The notes beneath the pieces are model-generated. The model was not told where the DNA came from and did no database searches. It worked only from the letters and a program-made list of their open reading frames with translations. A stretch of DNA of 64,000 nt from an uncultured bacterium (lineage in GTDB: Bacteria; Zixibacteria; MSB-5A5; GN15; FEB-12): assembly GCA_965372795.1 (NCBI GenBank), contig CBDVDR010000002.1, positions 128,001 through 192,000 of the forward strand, read 5' to 3'. A program made the translations under genes and the position numbers. This document shows positions 17,209 to 27,173 of the stretch, one piece after another. Every line of letters begins with the position of its first letter. The first letter of the stretch is position 1.

Positions 17209-18503
17209 TGATTGCAAGATATACATTACCGGAGATAGGAAATCTTTGGACGGAAGAGTACAAATATCGCACCTGGCTTGAGGTGGAAGTCGAAGCTGCC
17301 CGAGCTATGGCAAAACATAAGATAATCCCGACTAAGGCTTTTAAAGTTATCGAGAAGAAAGCTGACTTTAAGGTTGACCGGATCAATGAGATTGAGAAAG
17401 AGACCAACCATGATGTGATCGCTTTTTTGACTTCAGTTTCCGAATTTGTCGGTGAAGAGGCTTCTTATTTGCATTTCGGGATGACATCATCGGATGTTTT
17501 AGATACTTCGCTGTCACTGATCATGAAAAGATCAGCAGCCATCATTGATAAAAAAATTGTGGCGGCATTGAAACAGATCAAAAAGCTGGCGGCAAAATAC
17601 AAGATGACTTATTGCATCGGTCGTTCGCACGGGGTTCATGCCGAACCAACGACTCTGGGATTAAAATTTGCAATGTGGTACACCGAGTTGCGCCGCTGTC
17701 ATGAGAATTTTAAAAATGCTACCGAGATAATTTCAGTCGGCAAGATTTCGGGTGCGGTTGGTAATTTTGCGAACCTTGACCCGGTTATAGAAGCAGAGGT
17801 TTGTAAGAAATTAGGTCTGAAACCAGCCGAGGTTTCGACTCAGGTAATTCAGCGTGATCGCCATGCTCAATTTTTGACCGCGATTGCAATTATGGGTTCG
17901 TCACTTGAGAAGTTCGGCACCGAAGTACGGAATCTTCAACGGACCGAAATTAATGAGATGGCGGAAGGATTTGCCAAAGGTCAAAAAGGCTCATCAGCGA
18001 TGCCTCATAAGAAAAACCCGATTACAGCGGAAAGAATTTCGGGGATTGCACGGGTGCTTCGCGGGTATTCACTTTCGGCGATGGAAAATATTCCACTCTG
18101 GCACGAACGGGATATAGCTCATTCATCGGTTGAGCGGGTGATAATACCTGATGCGACAATTTTGGTTGATTACAGCCTTCAGAAATTTAATGATCTTCTT
18201 AAGGGTCTGGTTGTAAATGAAAAACGAATGATTGAGAATATTTATTTCCGGGGCGGGATTGTTTTCTCGCAAAGATTGCTTTTGAAATTATCATCCAAGG
18301 TTGGATCGCGTGATAAAGCTTACCGGATGGTACAGAAAAATGCAATGGATGCCTCCGAAGGAAAAGGTTTGTTTAAAGAGTTAGTAAGAAATGATAAAGA
18401 GATTAATAAATTCATCAACTCTAAAGAGATCGACAGCTGTTTTGATCTGACTTATTATTCAAAAAATGTTAATAAAATTTTTAAACGGGTGTTCACCAAA
18501 TGA
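17208..18503 (+). CDS. purB: Adenylosuccinate lyase
   Basis: MIARY, HDVIAF, H.G.TSSD, GRSHGVHAEPTT, GSSAMPHKKNP, WHERDI.HSS.ER. Confidence 0.97.
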   Translation: MIARYTLPEIGNLWTEEYKYRTWLEVEVEAARAMAKHKIIPTKAFKVIEKKADFKVDRINEIEKETNHDVIAFLTSVSEFVGEEASYLHFGMTSSDVLDTSLSLIMKRSAAIIDKKIVAALKQIKKLAAKYKMTYCIGRSHGVHAEPTTLGLKFAMWYTELRRCHENFKNATEIISVGKISGAVGNFANLDPVIEAEVCKKLGLKPAEVSTQVIQRDRHAQFLTAIAIMGSSLEKFGTEVRNLQRTEINEMAEGFAKGQKGSSAMPHKKNPITAERISGIARVLRGYSLSAMENIPLWHERDIAHSSVERVIIPDATILVDYSLQKFNDLLKGLVVNEKRMIENIYFRGGIVFSQRLLLKLSSKVGSRDKAYRMVQKNAMDASEGKGLFKELVRNDKEINKFINSKEIDSCFDLTYYSKNVNKIFKRVFTK

Positions 18504-19147
18504 TAGCTCGCGAAGGCTTAATATTTATCTTTAGCGGTGCCTTGATTACCATATTGACGATTTTAGCCGCCAGTCGATGGGATAGCAGGGTGCTGTTTAC
18601 AATAAGTATTATTTTCGGAATATTGACGATTTTTACGACCTTCTTTTTCAGAGACCCCGAACGTTCGTTTACTCCTGAAGATGGGATTTTGATTTCTCCG
18701 GCTGATGGTAAAATTATTGCGATTGATACCCTTTCGAATCATGATTATATCGGCGGCGAAGTAATTAAGGTCTCGATATTTTTATCAGTGTTTAATGTTC
18801 ATATCAATCGTATTCCGGCTGACGGGGTAATTGATTATGTGAAGTATAACCCAGGAAAGTTTTTTGCAGCCTTTGAAGATAAAGCCTCGGAACTGAATGA
18901 ACAGACCGAATTTGGCATGACGACTAAATCCGGTTCCAAGATTGTCTTTAAGCAGATAGCCGGATTGATTGCTCGCCGGATAATCTATAATTTGAATGAG
19001 AATGATGTTGTAACAGCGGGTGACAGGTTCGGATTGATCCGATTTGGTTCCAGGATGGAGCTATTTGTCCCAGCCGGAACGGAACTTCTTGTAAAAACCG
19101 GTGATATTGTCAAAGGAAGTGAAACAATAGTCGGGTATCTTAAGTAG
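18500..19147 (+). CDS. psd: Phosphatidylserine decarboxylase proenzyme
   Basis: FFRDPER, SPADG, IFLSVFNVH.NR.P, QIAG.IARRI, IRFGSR self-cleavage site. Confidence 0.95.
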   Translation: MIAREGLIFIFSGALITILTILAASRWDSRVLFTISIIFGILTIFTTFFFRDPERSFTPEDGILISPADGKIIAIDTLSNHDYIGGEVIKVSIFLSVFNVHINRIPADGVIDYVKYNPGKFFAAFEDKASELNEQTEFGMTTKSGSKIVFKQIAGLIARRIIYNLNENDVVTAGDRFGLIRFGSRMELFVPAGTELLVKTGDIVKGSETIVGYLK

Positions 19148-19157
19148 AAAGAGTTAG

Positions 19158-19943
19158 ATGATGGTTCCAACTCCACAGCCATACAAGACCAATTATCGCG
19201 GAATATTTCCGGGTACATTTACAATGGGGAATGTTGTCTGCGGGTTTCTGGCTATTCTGTCAGCTTTTGAAGGGAATATAACAACTGCCTGCTGGTTTAT
19301 AATTTTAGCGGCATTTTTAGATGCGCTGGACGGCAAGGTGGCAAGGTTGAGCGGTGGAACTTCCCAGTTTGGAGTCGAGCTTGATTCGCTGGCAGATTTT
19401 CTATCTTTTGGAGTAGCTCCGGCTGTTATAGTTTATGCTACCAAATTAAACTCACTTGGTAAGTGGGGCTGGATAATTTCGGTTGTTTATATAATGGCGG
19501 CGGCTTACCGGTTGGCGAGGTTTAATCTGTTTGCCGATACCGATGAGAAAAAAGGTTTTGTGGGATTGGCTGTGCCGGCGGCTGCGATTGCGCTGGTGAC
19601 TTATTTAATTTTCAGCTATTTCCTCTGGGGACAACTTGAGTATGGCGAACTTTTAGTTTCCATGATAATTTTACTGTCAATATTAATGATTTCTCAGGTG
19701 CCATATGACAGTTTTCCTGATAAGTTTGATACTCCTCAGAATCGGGTAAAACTGATTGTGATGGTCGTGGCCGGGATACTTATTTTGTTCAAGCCAAGAC
19801 TGCTGTTGTTTCCGTTGATTTCATTATATATATTATTTGGGATGGGTAGAGAAATGTATCGATTGCTGCACAAAGGAGTAGGGAAAGTTACCCGTCGTGC
19901 GGTAGAAAATCGTAATAATTATAAGGACAATAATAATGAGTAA
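19158..19943 (+). CDS. pssA: CDP-diacylglycerol--serine O-phosphatidyltransferase
   Basis: D.LDG..AR......FG.ELDSLAD..SFGVAP, RLARFN; follows psd. Confidence 0.92.
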   Translation: MMVPTPQPYKTNYRGIFPGTFTMGNVVCGFLAILSAFEGNITTACWFIILAAFLDALDGKVARLSGGTSQFGVELDSLADFLSFGVAPAVIVYATKLNSLGKWGWIISVVYIMAAAYRLARFNLFADTDEKKGFVGLAVPAAAIALVTYLIFSYFLWGQLEYGELLVSMIILLSILMISQVPYDSFPDKFDTPQNRVKLIVMVVAGILILFKPRLLLFPLISLYILFGMGREMYRLLHKGVGKVTRRAVENRNNYKDNNNE

Positions 19944-20184
19944 CCATAGTAAAGCAATTGTTCATGTCCGTTTAAAAGAGGGCGTGCTGGATCCTCAGGG
20001 AGTAACGATCCATAAAGCTCTCGGTCAAATGGGGTATGACGAATTTGAATCGGTTAAAACAGGTAGGTTTTTTGAACTGGAAATTAAGGCTGATGCAAAA
20101 GATGTAGATAAAAAGATTGAGGAAGTCTGTTCAAAATTACTTGCCAATCCGGTAATTGAAAATTTTGAAGTGGAGAAAATCTGA
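19936..20184 (+). CDS. purS: FGAM synthase subunit PurS
   Basis: LK.GVLDPQG...LLANPVIE. Confidence 0.95.
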   Translation: MSNHSKAIVHVRLKEGVLDPQGVTIHKALGQMGYDEFESVKTGRFFELEIKADAKDVDKKIEEVCSKLLANPVIENFEVEKI

Positions 20185-20897
20185 TGAAAGTCGGCGTTGT
20201 AACATTTCCCGGTTCCAATTGTGATTATGATGCTTATGCGGCGGTAAAGGATGTTCTGAAAGAGGAAGTAGAATTTTTATGGCATAAATCATCCGATCTG
20301 TTAGGGAGCGATATGGTTATTCTGCCGGGCGGTTTTTCTTATGGTGATTATCTCCGCGCCGGTTCTATTGCGAAATTCTCGCCCTTGATGGAAGAAGTGA
20401 TTAAGTTTGGTAAAAGCGGCGGACTGGTTGTGGGAATCTGTAACGGATTTCAGATTTTGACCGAAAGCGGACTTTTGCCCGGAGCTTTGATTCGGAATTC
20501 TCATTTGCGTTTCAGTTGTAAATATGTTTATCTGAGAGTTGAAAATAATAAATCTACTTATACAAATTGTTGTGATGAGGGTGAAGTATTAAAAATCCCG
20601 ATTGCTCATGGTGAGGGGAATTATTATGATTTTGGCGATCAGGTTAAAGAGCTTGAAGATAACAACCAGGTAATATTCAGGTATTGCGAACCGGATGGCA
20701 GTCTTAGTGACGATGCCAACCCGAATGGATCGCTAAACAATATCGCCGGAATTTGTAATAAAGAAGGTAATATTCTTGGGATGATGCCTCATCCTGAACG
20801 AGCGGTTGAGGATATTCTTGGATCAAGCGACGGCATAAAAGTATTTCAATCGGTAAAATCTTTTCTTAACCGTAGTAAAACTGTAGGTGTCAATTGA
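20184..20897 (+). CDS. purQ: FGAM synthase glutaminase subunit PurQ
   Basis: FPGSNCD, PGGFSYGDYLR, GICNGFQ, PIAHGEG, NPNGS, MMPHPER. Confidence 0.97.
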   Translation: MKVGVVTFPGSNCDYDAYAAVKDVLKEEVEFLWHKSSDLLGSDMVILPGGFSYGDYLRAGSIAKFSPLMEEVIKFGKSGGLVVGICNGFQILTESGLLPGALIRNSHLRFSCKYVYLRVENNKSTYTNCCDEGEVLKIPIAHGEGNYYDFGDQVKELEDNNQVIFRYCEPDGSLSDDANPNGSLNNIAGICNKEGNILGMMPHPERAVEDILGSSDGIKVFQSVKSFLNRSKTVGVN

Positions 20898-21160
20898 AGA
20901 ATCGAGAAGTAACTTTTATTATTATTGCTCTTTTACTGGGTGCAATAATCGGCGGCGTGGTTGGCGATGTGATCGGCTCATATCTTCCTCCAAGTGCGGC
21001 TAAGACATTATTTACCAAGGCAATAGAGGTAGGGATAAATACTTTTAAAGTCGATTTTTACGCTATATCCTTTACTTTCGGGCTGATGTTTAAAATAAAT
21101 TTTATGTCGGTCTTGTTTGTTCTGTTAGTTATTGTATATTTCAAATGGTGGTATTTATAA
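20894..21160 (+). CDS. DUF4321 family membrane protein
   Basis: 88 aa, G.IIG...G..IG helix and ...FTFGL.FKIN..S C-terminus; TTG start overlaps purQ stop. Confidence 0.7.
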   Translation: MKNREVTFIIIALLLGAIIGGVVGDVIGSYLPPSAAKTLFTKAIEVGINTFKVDFYAISFTFGLMFKINFMSVLFVLLVIVYFKWWYL

Positions 21161-21184
21161 ATTTTATATAGATCGGAGGCTAAC

Positions 21185-21406
21185 ATGTTTGGCATGGGTC
21201 CCTGGGAACTTCTTGTAGTATTTTTAGTCATATTACTCCTGTTCGGCGCAAAGCGATTACCTGAAATCGCACAGGGTATGGGTAAAGGTATCAAGGAATT
21301 TCGCAAAGCAATGAAAGACACAACCGCAGAGATCAAAGGTTCTATGAATGAAGAAGAAGAGCCTGCGAAACCTGTTGAAAAAACTGATAATTCTAATACC
21401 AAGTAG
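21185..21406 (+). CDS. tatA: Twin-arginine translocase TatA/E
   Basis: MFGMG.WEL...LLFGAKRLPE...MGKGIKEFRK. Confidence 0.95.
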   Translation: MFGMGPWELLVVFLVILLLFGAKRLPEIAQGMGKGIKEFRKAMKDTTAEIKGSMNEEEEPAKPVEKTDNSNTK

Positions 21407-21430
21407 AATTGATCATTAAAACTTACTTAT

Positions 21431-21883
21431 ATGAAGTTTACAAAAGAAGATGTATTAAAAATTGCTCCAGTGGTTGAATGCAGCAATGTCGCTTATCAGA
21501 CAGATCATTATCGTTTGAAGGTTGTAAATGCTGATGACAATCGAGAATTAGTTTTGGAGATTTATCCTGAGACCAGTTTTGGCAAATCGCGCGGAGCTTT
21601 GGTTGTTGTCTATACCGGTAATTCTCATTTACAACTGCATAATTGCACCGGTTACGTAATATCGGCGGAATTGGGCGAGATTACTTTTATCGCTGAAACA
21701 GAACATCGACTTTCCGGTTTGGTTGTTGAAAAAGGCGCTTCGGCTTCGCTGTATGCCGCTTTGAACCGGGATTTGATTTCATCTGACTTTACTCAGCTGG
21801 GAGTAGAGGTAATGCTTTCGGGGGTGGCACTTTCATTGGCGGAAGAAATTCTGGGTGATGAAAATAAAATTGATGAAGATTGA
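21431..21883 (+). CDS. Hypothetical cytoplasmic protein
   Basis: 150 aa ORF co-oriented with the operon and followed by a terminator. Confidence 0.7.
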   Translation: MKFTKEDVLKIAPVVECSNVAYQTDHYRLKVVNADDNRELVLEIYPETSFGKSRGALVVVYTGNSHLQLHNCTGYVISAELGEITFIAETEHRLSGLVVEKGASASLYAALNRDLISSDFTQLGVEVMLSGVALSLAEEILGDENKIDED

Positions 21884-21898
21884 TAAATTTTAGAATTT

Positions 21899-21932
21899 AA
21901 AAAACCGCTGTAATTTTACAGCGGTTTTTTTT
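21899..21932. terminator. Bidirectional intrinsic terminator
   Basis: AAAAAACCGCTGTAA-TT-TTACAGCGGTTTTTT between convergent operons. Confidence 0.85.
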
Positions 21933-21940
21933 ATGTCAAA

Positions 21941-24412
21941 TTATTTGTGAGTAAAAGCCTCAACAAATTCAGCCAGATCGTTAGTGATGTCGGATGCTTT
22001 CTGGTATCTGTCCTGAGGTTTCTTGCTGAGAGCTTTGGCCACGATATGATCAAACAGAAGCGGAATTTGCGGACGAATATTTGATGGTTTTTCCGGGTCC
22101 TTATTTAAAATAGAATAAATAAGCGAAGTAATGTTTTCACCTTTGAACGGTCGTTTTCCGATCAGAAGTTCATACATGACCACACCCAGAGAAAACAGAT
22201 CGGAACGGTTGTCGACTCTTAGTCCCTGGAGTTGTTCCGGTGAGATATAGTTTGGAGTTCCCATCGCTATGCCTGTTTTAGTCATTGAGCTTGACTCAAT
22301 GCGGGCGATGCCGAAGTCCATGACCTTGACCTGATAGTTCTGCAGAATCATAATATTTGCCGGTTTAATATCTCTATGGACGATATTTTTAGAATGGGCA
22401 TATTCGAGCGCCGAGCAAATCTGCATAATAATTTGCGATATTATTTTGTAATTGAAGTTGGTCTTCCTTTTGATCATCTCTTCAAGCGTCTGACCTTCAA
22501 GACATTCCATCGCGATATATTGTAAACTTCCTTCTGAACCAACATCATAAATAGTGACAATGTTCGGATGTGAAAGTTTGCCGACCGCTTGAGCTTCCTG
22601 TTGCAGACGGGTTTTGAGTTCTTCCATCTCTTCAGGGTCATTGATGAAATCGAGTCTGATAGTTTTTAAGGCGACCGGACGATTTATAGCCGGGTCGATA
22701 CCTTTGTAGACATGACCCATAGCGCCTTTGCCTAAGGTGCCTACGATTTGATATCTGCCCAGATTCGTTAACGATCCTGCGGTCGGAGTGGCAGAATGTT
22801 TCAGTGAATTCGCTGAATCGTTGGTGAGCCGTTTTACTTTTTCAGAATCGGATAGAGAATCATGATGAGTAGACACAATACCGAGGTCATCATTTCCTGA
22901 ATCAAAGTTATCCGGTGAATCCTCGATAGGCTTATCAAAGTTTACGGCAGTTTTGGATTCCGGAATAATTGTTTCGGACTCTTCGCCAGAAATATCAATA
23001 GCCGTATGATCTTCAATATAATCGGCATCCGATTTTGAAGCCTGGGAAATCATCTCTGTCTTATGCCAATCTTCATCAGCCTCTGATTCTTTTAACTCAC
23101 GAGTTTTAACTGGAGTCTTGTCGGCATCATCCAGATTGATTTTCGGCAATGATTTTTTAGAAGATTTTTTATCTGCCTGTTCTCCGGTGACCAGTTCGCT
23201 GTCTAAGATAGGTGAAATAAACATAAATAAGAGTAATTCCAAACCAAGATAGACAGTTTCTACGATAAGATTAAAGGAACTGAACAGGAAATAATTTACA
23301 TTAGCCAGGATCACAAAACCGCAGAATAATATTACCATGCGGTATAAGATTGAAACCTGGGGCAGGATAAAGGCACAAAGACCACCTAACACAAATAACA
23401 TTAACATCGTCATAGCTGTCATGTCAGTTTTGTGAGTCAGCAGGTTATTGTTAATTATGTTTTCAATAATAGTAGCGCGGACAATATGCTGGGGAGTTTC
23501 AAGTTCGAGCGGCGTTTGGAACATTTCGGTATAGTTGTAGTCGTTGACACAGATCAATACAAGTTTGTTTTTGAAGAGACTAAAGTTAAAGCCATCTTCA
23601 AGCACTTTTGCAGCGGAGAAACTTTGGAAAGGATTGCCCCTAGAGAAATTGATATACATTTCGCTTCTGGAGTTTATCGGAATTGTGATTTTGCTGCCAA
23701 GTTCGATGTTGACACCTTCATTAACCTGCACCATATCAAAAGGGATTTTCAGGAAGTTGGTTGCGGCAATTAATGACAGGGAAGGGTAGTAATAACCTTC
23801 ATAATTCATAGTCAGGGCTTGATGTCTTAGGATACGGTCATCATCCGGCATGATATATTCAAAGCCTAATTGAGGATCGGTTTTCAGAATTTTTAAAGCC
23901 GGCAGGAAAGTTTTTCTAACGAGCAGACTTGAGCTTTCGTTCATTAATCCCAACGGATTACTAACCTGCATAGAATAATTAAAGAGGTATTCCGGATTAT
24001 TGGTTTTACTGCTGCGGTAACTTGCCAGAGCGATATCATAGGGGAATACTATGTTTTTGATCCAGCTGAGTTGTCCGGCGAGGATGTTTGTATAGCCGGC
24101 AGAATCCTGGTAGGCATTTTCAGCCAGAGGGAAATCGACCACAATAGTTTTCGGTTCGGCGGCTGCGGTGGCGGCTAACAAGTCGGCAATCAGGTCCCGA
24201 TTCCAGGGCCAGGCTCCATATTTGTCGATGGATTGAGCATCAATATTTACTAACACAATATTTTGTTTACGGCCTTCATCGGCAGTAAAACTGCTGAACG
24301 AATCATCAACCCACCTTTGCAGGTTGTTCATCGGTCCGAAATTGTTTGCATATAGTAATACTACCAGTACCGATGTTAGCAAATACATTATATATGAGTA
24401 ATACTTTTTCAT
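21941..24412 (-). CDS. CHASE2-domain membrane Ser/Thr (Hanks-type) protein kinase
   Basis: CHASE2 motifs IVLVNID..SI..YG.WPW.R, D.D..LR, FKNKLVLI; 3 TMs; acidic linker; kinase LGKGAMG.V, VALK, HPNIV, HRDIKPAN, DFGIA, GTPNYISPE, SDLFSLG. Confidence 0.92.
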   Translation of the reverse strand: MKKYYSYIMYLLTSVLVVLLYANNFGPMNNLQRWVDDSFSSFTADEGRKQNIVLVNIDAQSIDKYGAWPWNRDLIADLLAATAAAEPKTIVVDFPLAENAYQDSAGYTNILAGQLSWIKNIVFPYDIALASYRSSKTNNPEYLFNYSMQVSNPLGLMNESSSLLVRKTFLPALKILKTDPQLGFEYIMPDDDRILRHQALTMNYEGYYYPSLSLIAATNFLKIPFDMVQVNEGVNIELGSKITIPINSRSEMYINFSRGNPFQSFSAAKVLEDGFNFSLFKNKLVLICVNDYNYTEMFQTPLELETPQHIVRATIIENIINNNLLTHKTDMTAMTMLMLFVLGGLCAFILPQVSILYRMVILFCGFVILANVNYFLFSSFNLIVETVYLGLELLLFMFISPILDSELVTGEQADKKSSKKSLPKINLDDADKTPVKTRELKESEADEDWHKTEMISQASKSDADYIEDHTAIDISGEESETIIPESKTAVNFDKPIEDSPDNFDSGNDDLGIVSTHHDSLSDSEKVKRLTNDSANSLKHSATPTAGSLTNLGRYQIVGTLGKGAMGHVYKGIDPAINRPVALKTIRLDFINDPEEMEELKTRLQQEAQAVGKLSHPNIVTIYDVGSEGSLQYIAMECLEGQTLEEMIKRKTNFNYKIISQIIMQICSALEYAHSKNIVHRDIKPANIMILQNYQVKVMDFGIARIESSSMTKTGIAMGTPNYISPEQLQGLRVDNRSDLFSLGVVMYELLIGKRPFKGENITSLIYSILNKDPEKPSNIRPQIPLLFDHIVAKALSKKPQDRYQKASDITNDLAEFVEAFTHK

Positions 24413-24425
24413 CAGTCTCCTCGCT

Positions 24426-25154
24426 TTATCTTCCGATGGATAAACGATCTATTAAAACTTTGGGCAAGGCTGCCTTTTCCATTTTTGCTTGTGTAGTTTT
24501 CACATCATATTCAACACGGTTGAAATATATATCCCACTCTTCGGTATCAACGATAACGTATGATGCTCTTGGGTCGTTATCGCGTGGCTGACCAACTGAT
24601 CCGACATTTATAATGTACCTATAATCAGGGTCCATGATGAAGTTATGACCAATTTTGAGTCGCGGGGCTTCACCTTTAATTTCGGTAAATATCATCGGTA
24701 AATGAGAGTGTCCTATAAAACAGTTATGTTCTCTGAGACTTTCAAAGGCTAAGGTTGCCTGTTCGGTGTTAAGAATATAATTCCAGTCTTTCGGACGATA
24801 GGGGGAAGAGTGAATAAGTAAACAATTTTCGATGACTGACTGAATTTGAAATTCTTCAATAATCGCAAGTTCAAAATCCGTAATCTCTTTACGGGTCCAT
24901 TGGTAGGAAATCTGGGCGGCATTATTACACTTTTCCATTGGGATAATGCCCAGCATCATGAATTCATGATTGCCGACAAGTTTTATGTCGCAATTTTTAT
25001 TTATTAAATCGAGACATTCTCTGGGATTGCTGCCATACCCGACTACATCACCGAGGCAATGAATTTTATCAACCTTTTGTTTTTCAAGGTCGGAAAGGAC
25101 AGCAGTCAGGGCTTCCAAGTTTCCATGGATGTCAGATATAAGTGCAAATCGCAT
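24426..25154 (-). CDS. Calcineurin-like metallophosphoesterase (PPP/YfcE-like; putative protein phosphatase)
   Basis: SDIHGN, LGDVVGYG, GNHE, GHSH.P, NVGSVGQPRD. Confidence 0.88.
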   Translation of the reverse strand: MRFALISDIHGNLEALTAVLSDLEKQKVDKIHCLGDVVGYGSNPRECLDLINKNCDIKLVGNHEFMMLGIIPMEKCNNAAQISYQWTRKEITDFELAIIEEFQIQSVIENCLLIHSSPYRPKDWNYILNTEQATLAFESLREHNCFIGHSHLPMIFTEIKGEAPRLKIGHNFIMDPDYRYIINVGSVGQPRDNDPRASYVIVDTEEWDIYFNRVEYDVKTTQAKMEKAALPKVLIDRLSIGR

Positions 25155-25158
25155 CTAT

Positions 25159-25851
25159 TTATTTCCCTTCGACAAACTTAAAAGTAGATTTTCCAACCGA
25201 AATGATATCACCATTTTTTAACACACATTGTTCAATCGGTTCACCGTTGACCTGAGTTTTACCTTTTTTGCCAAGGTTTACCATCGAATATAAATTATCT
25301 TCTTTAACCAGTTTTGCCTGAATCCCGGAGAGCCAGAATCCTTTTACTCGTACGTGGCAAAATTTTGCTTTACCAAAAGTGGTCACATCACGATCAATTC
25401 TGAACTCAGAAAAATCGGCGTTTTCTTCACCGATGAGAACCGAGCCGTCATGCTTGGAAACGATCTCTTTTTCCATGCGGTCGTTTTCAATCATTTTTTT
25501 CTGTTTCTTAGTGTTAAGAACCATGGTTCCGTCAAAATCAGCAACTCCGTCAGCTTCCTGTGAGCTTTGGTTGTGGTAAATAAGATTGTATTTTCCGATT
25601 GTGATAACGTCGTCGTCCCGTAAAACTTCTTCATTAACCTTGCGGTTATTTACAAAAGTTCCGTTCAAGGATTCGTTATCAATAATCACAGCAGCATTAT
25701 TGTTAAATTCAATGAGGGCATGTTTTCTTGAGACGCCGCGGTTTTCGAGGACTATGTCGTTTTCATTGGTGCGACCGATAGAGAGTCTTTTTTTCTCGGT
25801 CACTATCCGTTCAACGACTTTATCTTCATATTTGACAATGATTTCTGCCAT
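25159..25851 (-). CDS. Tandem FHA-domain protein
   Basis: FHA1: IGR...NDI.L....VSR.HA, SLNGTFVN, GD.I.IG; degenerate FHA2 (FGK...LS..QA...VNG...LKNGDII.VG). Confidence 0.88.
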   Translation of the reverse strand: MAEIIVKYEDKVVERIVTEKKRLSIGRTNENDIVLENRGVSRKHALIEFNNNAAVIIDNESLNGTFVNNRKVNEEVLRDDDVITIGKYNLIYHNQSSQEADGVADFDGTMVLNTKKQKKMIENDRMEKEIVSKHDGSVLIGEENADFSEFRIDRDVTTFGKAKFCHVRVKGFWLSGIQAKLVKEDNLYSMVNLGKKGKTQVNGEPIEQCVLKNGDIISVGKSTFKFVEGK

Positions 25852-25952
25852 CAGAAAATCCTTTCATATATTTAATACATTATTTTTAAGCAGTTTCGAT
25901 CCATATTTAATAGTGGTTTGAATCGAAATTATCGCCATTCTGATTTATTCTT

Positions 25953-25979
25953 TTATCGGCATCTGGTTTTTAAACTTAA
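25953..25979 (-). promoter_or_regulatory. Sigma28 (FliA/WhiG-type) promoter of FHA-phosphatase-kinase operon
   Basis: Minus strand TTAAGTTT-N11-GCCGATAA vs consensus TAAAGTTT-N11-GCCGATAA. Confidence 0.7.
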
Positions 25980-26157
25980 ATAATGGTTATTGTTTCGGAT
26001 CAACTTTTAGAACCATTGGGGCGTAAATTAGGATAGTTGTTATCTCTGTTCAAATACTGAACAGGTAATATGTTCTGAAAATGGTTGCCCAGGATCGTAA
26101 AGGAATATATATTGTTCGGAATTGTGTTAAGTAACTATGTATATATAGGATAGATAA

Positions 26158-27120
26158 ATGAAAATACTCACCGTTGCTCTTCAAAAAGATGGTCAGCTTG
26201 TCCCGGCTTCGTTTGAATTAATCGAAGCGGCTAAAAAGCTTCAGGGCGAAATCATGACCGCGATATTGGCTGAAAATGCTCAAGCTTCCGCAGAAATACT
26301 GGCATCCCGGGGCGGAGGACAGGTTTTTGCTGTTTCTAATCCGGCTTTGAAATATTTTAATGATGAAGTTTATGTCAAAGTTTTGACTGAACTGATAAAG
26401 AAACATAATCCTGATCTGGTTTTGGGACCGGCATCGTTCTATGGGAAAGCTCTTTTCTCAAGACTTGCTGCCAAGAACGGATCAAAGATGGCTTCTGATA
26501 TTAATGGGTTAGCCCTTGATGGTGATAATGTTGTTGTGAGTCGTCCGAATTATGGCGGTTCGGTTATTTCTGATGTTGTCCAAAATGGCGACGGACCTTT
26601 CTTTGCAACCGTACGTCCGAAAATATTTCCGGAGTCTCAAGACGGTGCCGGTGAGGTAGTGGTTGAAGAAGTTGACGGCACAGCCTTTGAGTCTAAAATG
26701 GAAATTAAAGAGATGAAAGTCGAATCTGCCGGAGCCGTGAATTTGACCGAGGCTGATATTATTGTTTCGGCGGGTCGCGGTTTGAAAGATGCCGAATCGG
26801 TTGGCATCGTCAGAGATTTAGCCGATTCACTCGGAGCGGCGTTTGGCGCCTCGCGGGCGATTGTTGATGCCGGCTGGGTTCCGTATTCTGATCAGGTCGG
26901 ACAGACCGGTAAGACGGTTAATCCAAAATTGTATTTTGCGGTTGGTATCTCGGGTGCGATTCAGCATTTAGTCGGGATGCGTTCCTCTCAGACAATTGTA
27001 GCGGTGAACAAAGATAAAGATGCGCCGATTTTTAATGTTGCCAATTATGGCATTGTTGGGGATGCGTTTGAAATTGTTCCGGCGTTGACAGCGAAGTTTA
27101 AGAAAGAACTGCAGAGTTAA
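26158..27120 (+). CDS. etfA: Electron transfer flavoprotein alpha subunit
   Basis: RP.YGG, TVRP, L.EADIIVSAGRG, GASRA.VDAGW, QVGQTGKTV.P.LY.AVGISGAIQH. Confidence 0.96.
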   Translation: MKILTVALQKDGQLVPASFELIEAAKKLQGEIMTAILAENAQASAEILASRGGGQVFAVSNPALKYFNDEVYVKVLTELIKKHNPDLVLGPASFYGKALFSRLAAKNGSKMASDINGLALDGDNVVVSRPNYGGSVISDVVQNGDGPFFATVRPKIFPESQDGAGEVVVEEVDGTAFESKMEIKEMKVESAGAVNLTEADIIVSAGRGLKDAESVGIVRDLADSLGAAFGASRAIVDAGWVPYSDQVGQTGKTVNPKLYFAVGISGAIQHLVGMRSSQTIVAVNKDKDAPIFNVANYGIVGDAFEIVPALTAKFKKELQS

Positions 27121-27139
27121 AATAGATATTTGAGATTAT

Positions 27140-27169
27140 AAAAAAGCCCGCTTTGAGCGGGCTTTTTTT
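27140..27169 (+). terminator. Intrinsic terminator of etfA (degenerate direct copy at 27269-27299)
   Basis: AAAAAAGCCCGCT-TTG-AGCGGGCTTTTTTT; core CCGCTTTGAGCGG..TnGTGG repeated about 128 bp downstream. Confidence 0.8.
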
Positions 27170-27173
27170 GTGG

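Noticed and set aside
17208..20897. psd-pssA inside a purine operon and absence of purL as a novelty
   Set aside because: Mixed housekeeping operons and dispersed purL are ordinary; nothing in the sequence indicates a functional link
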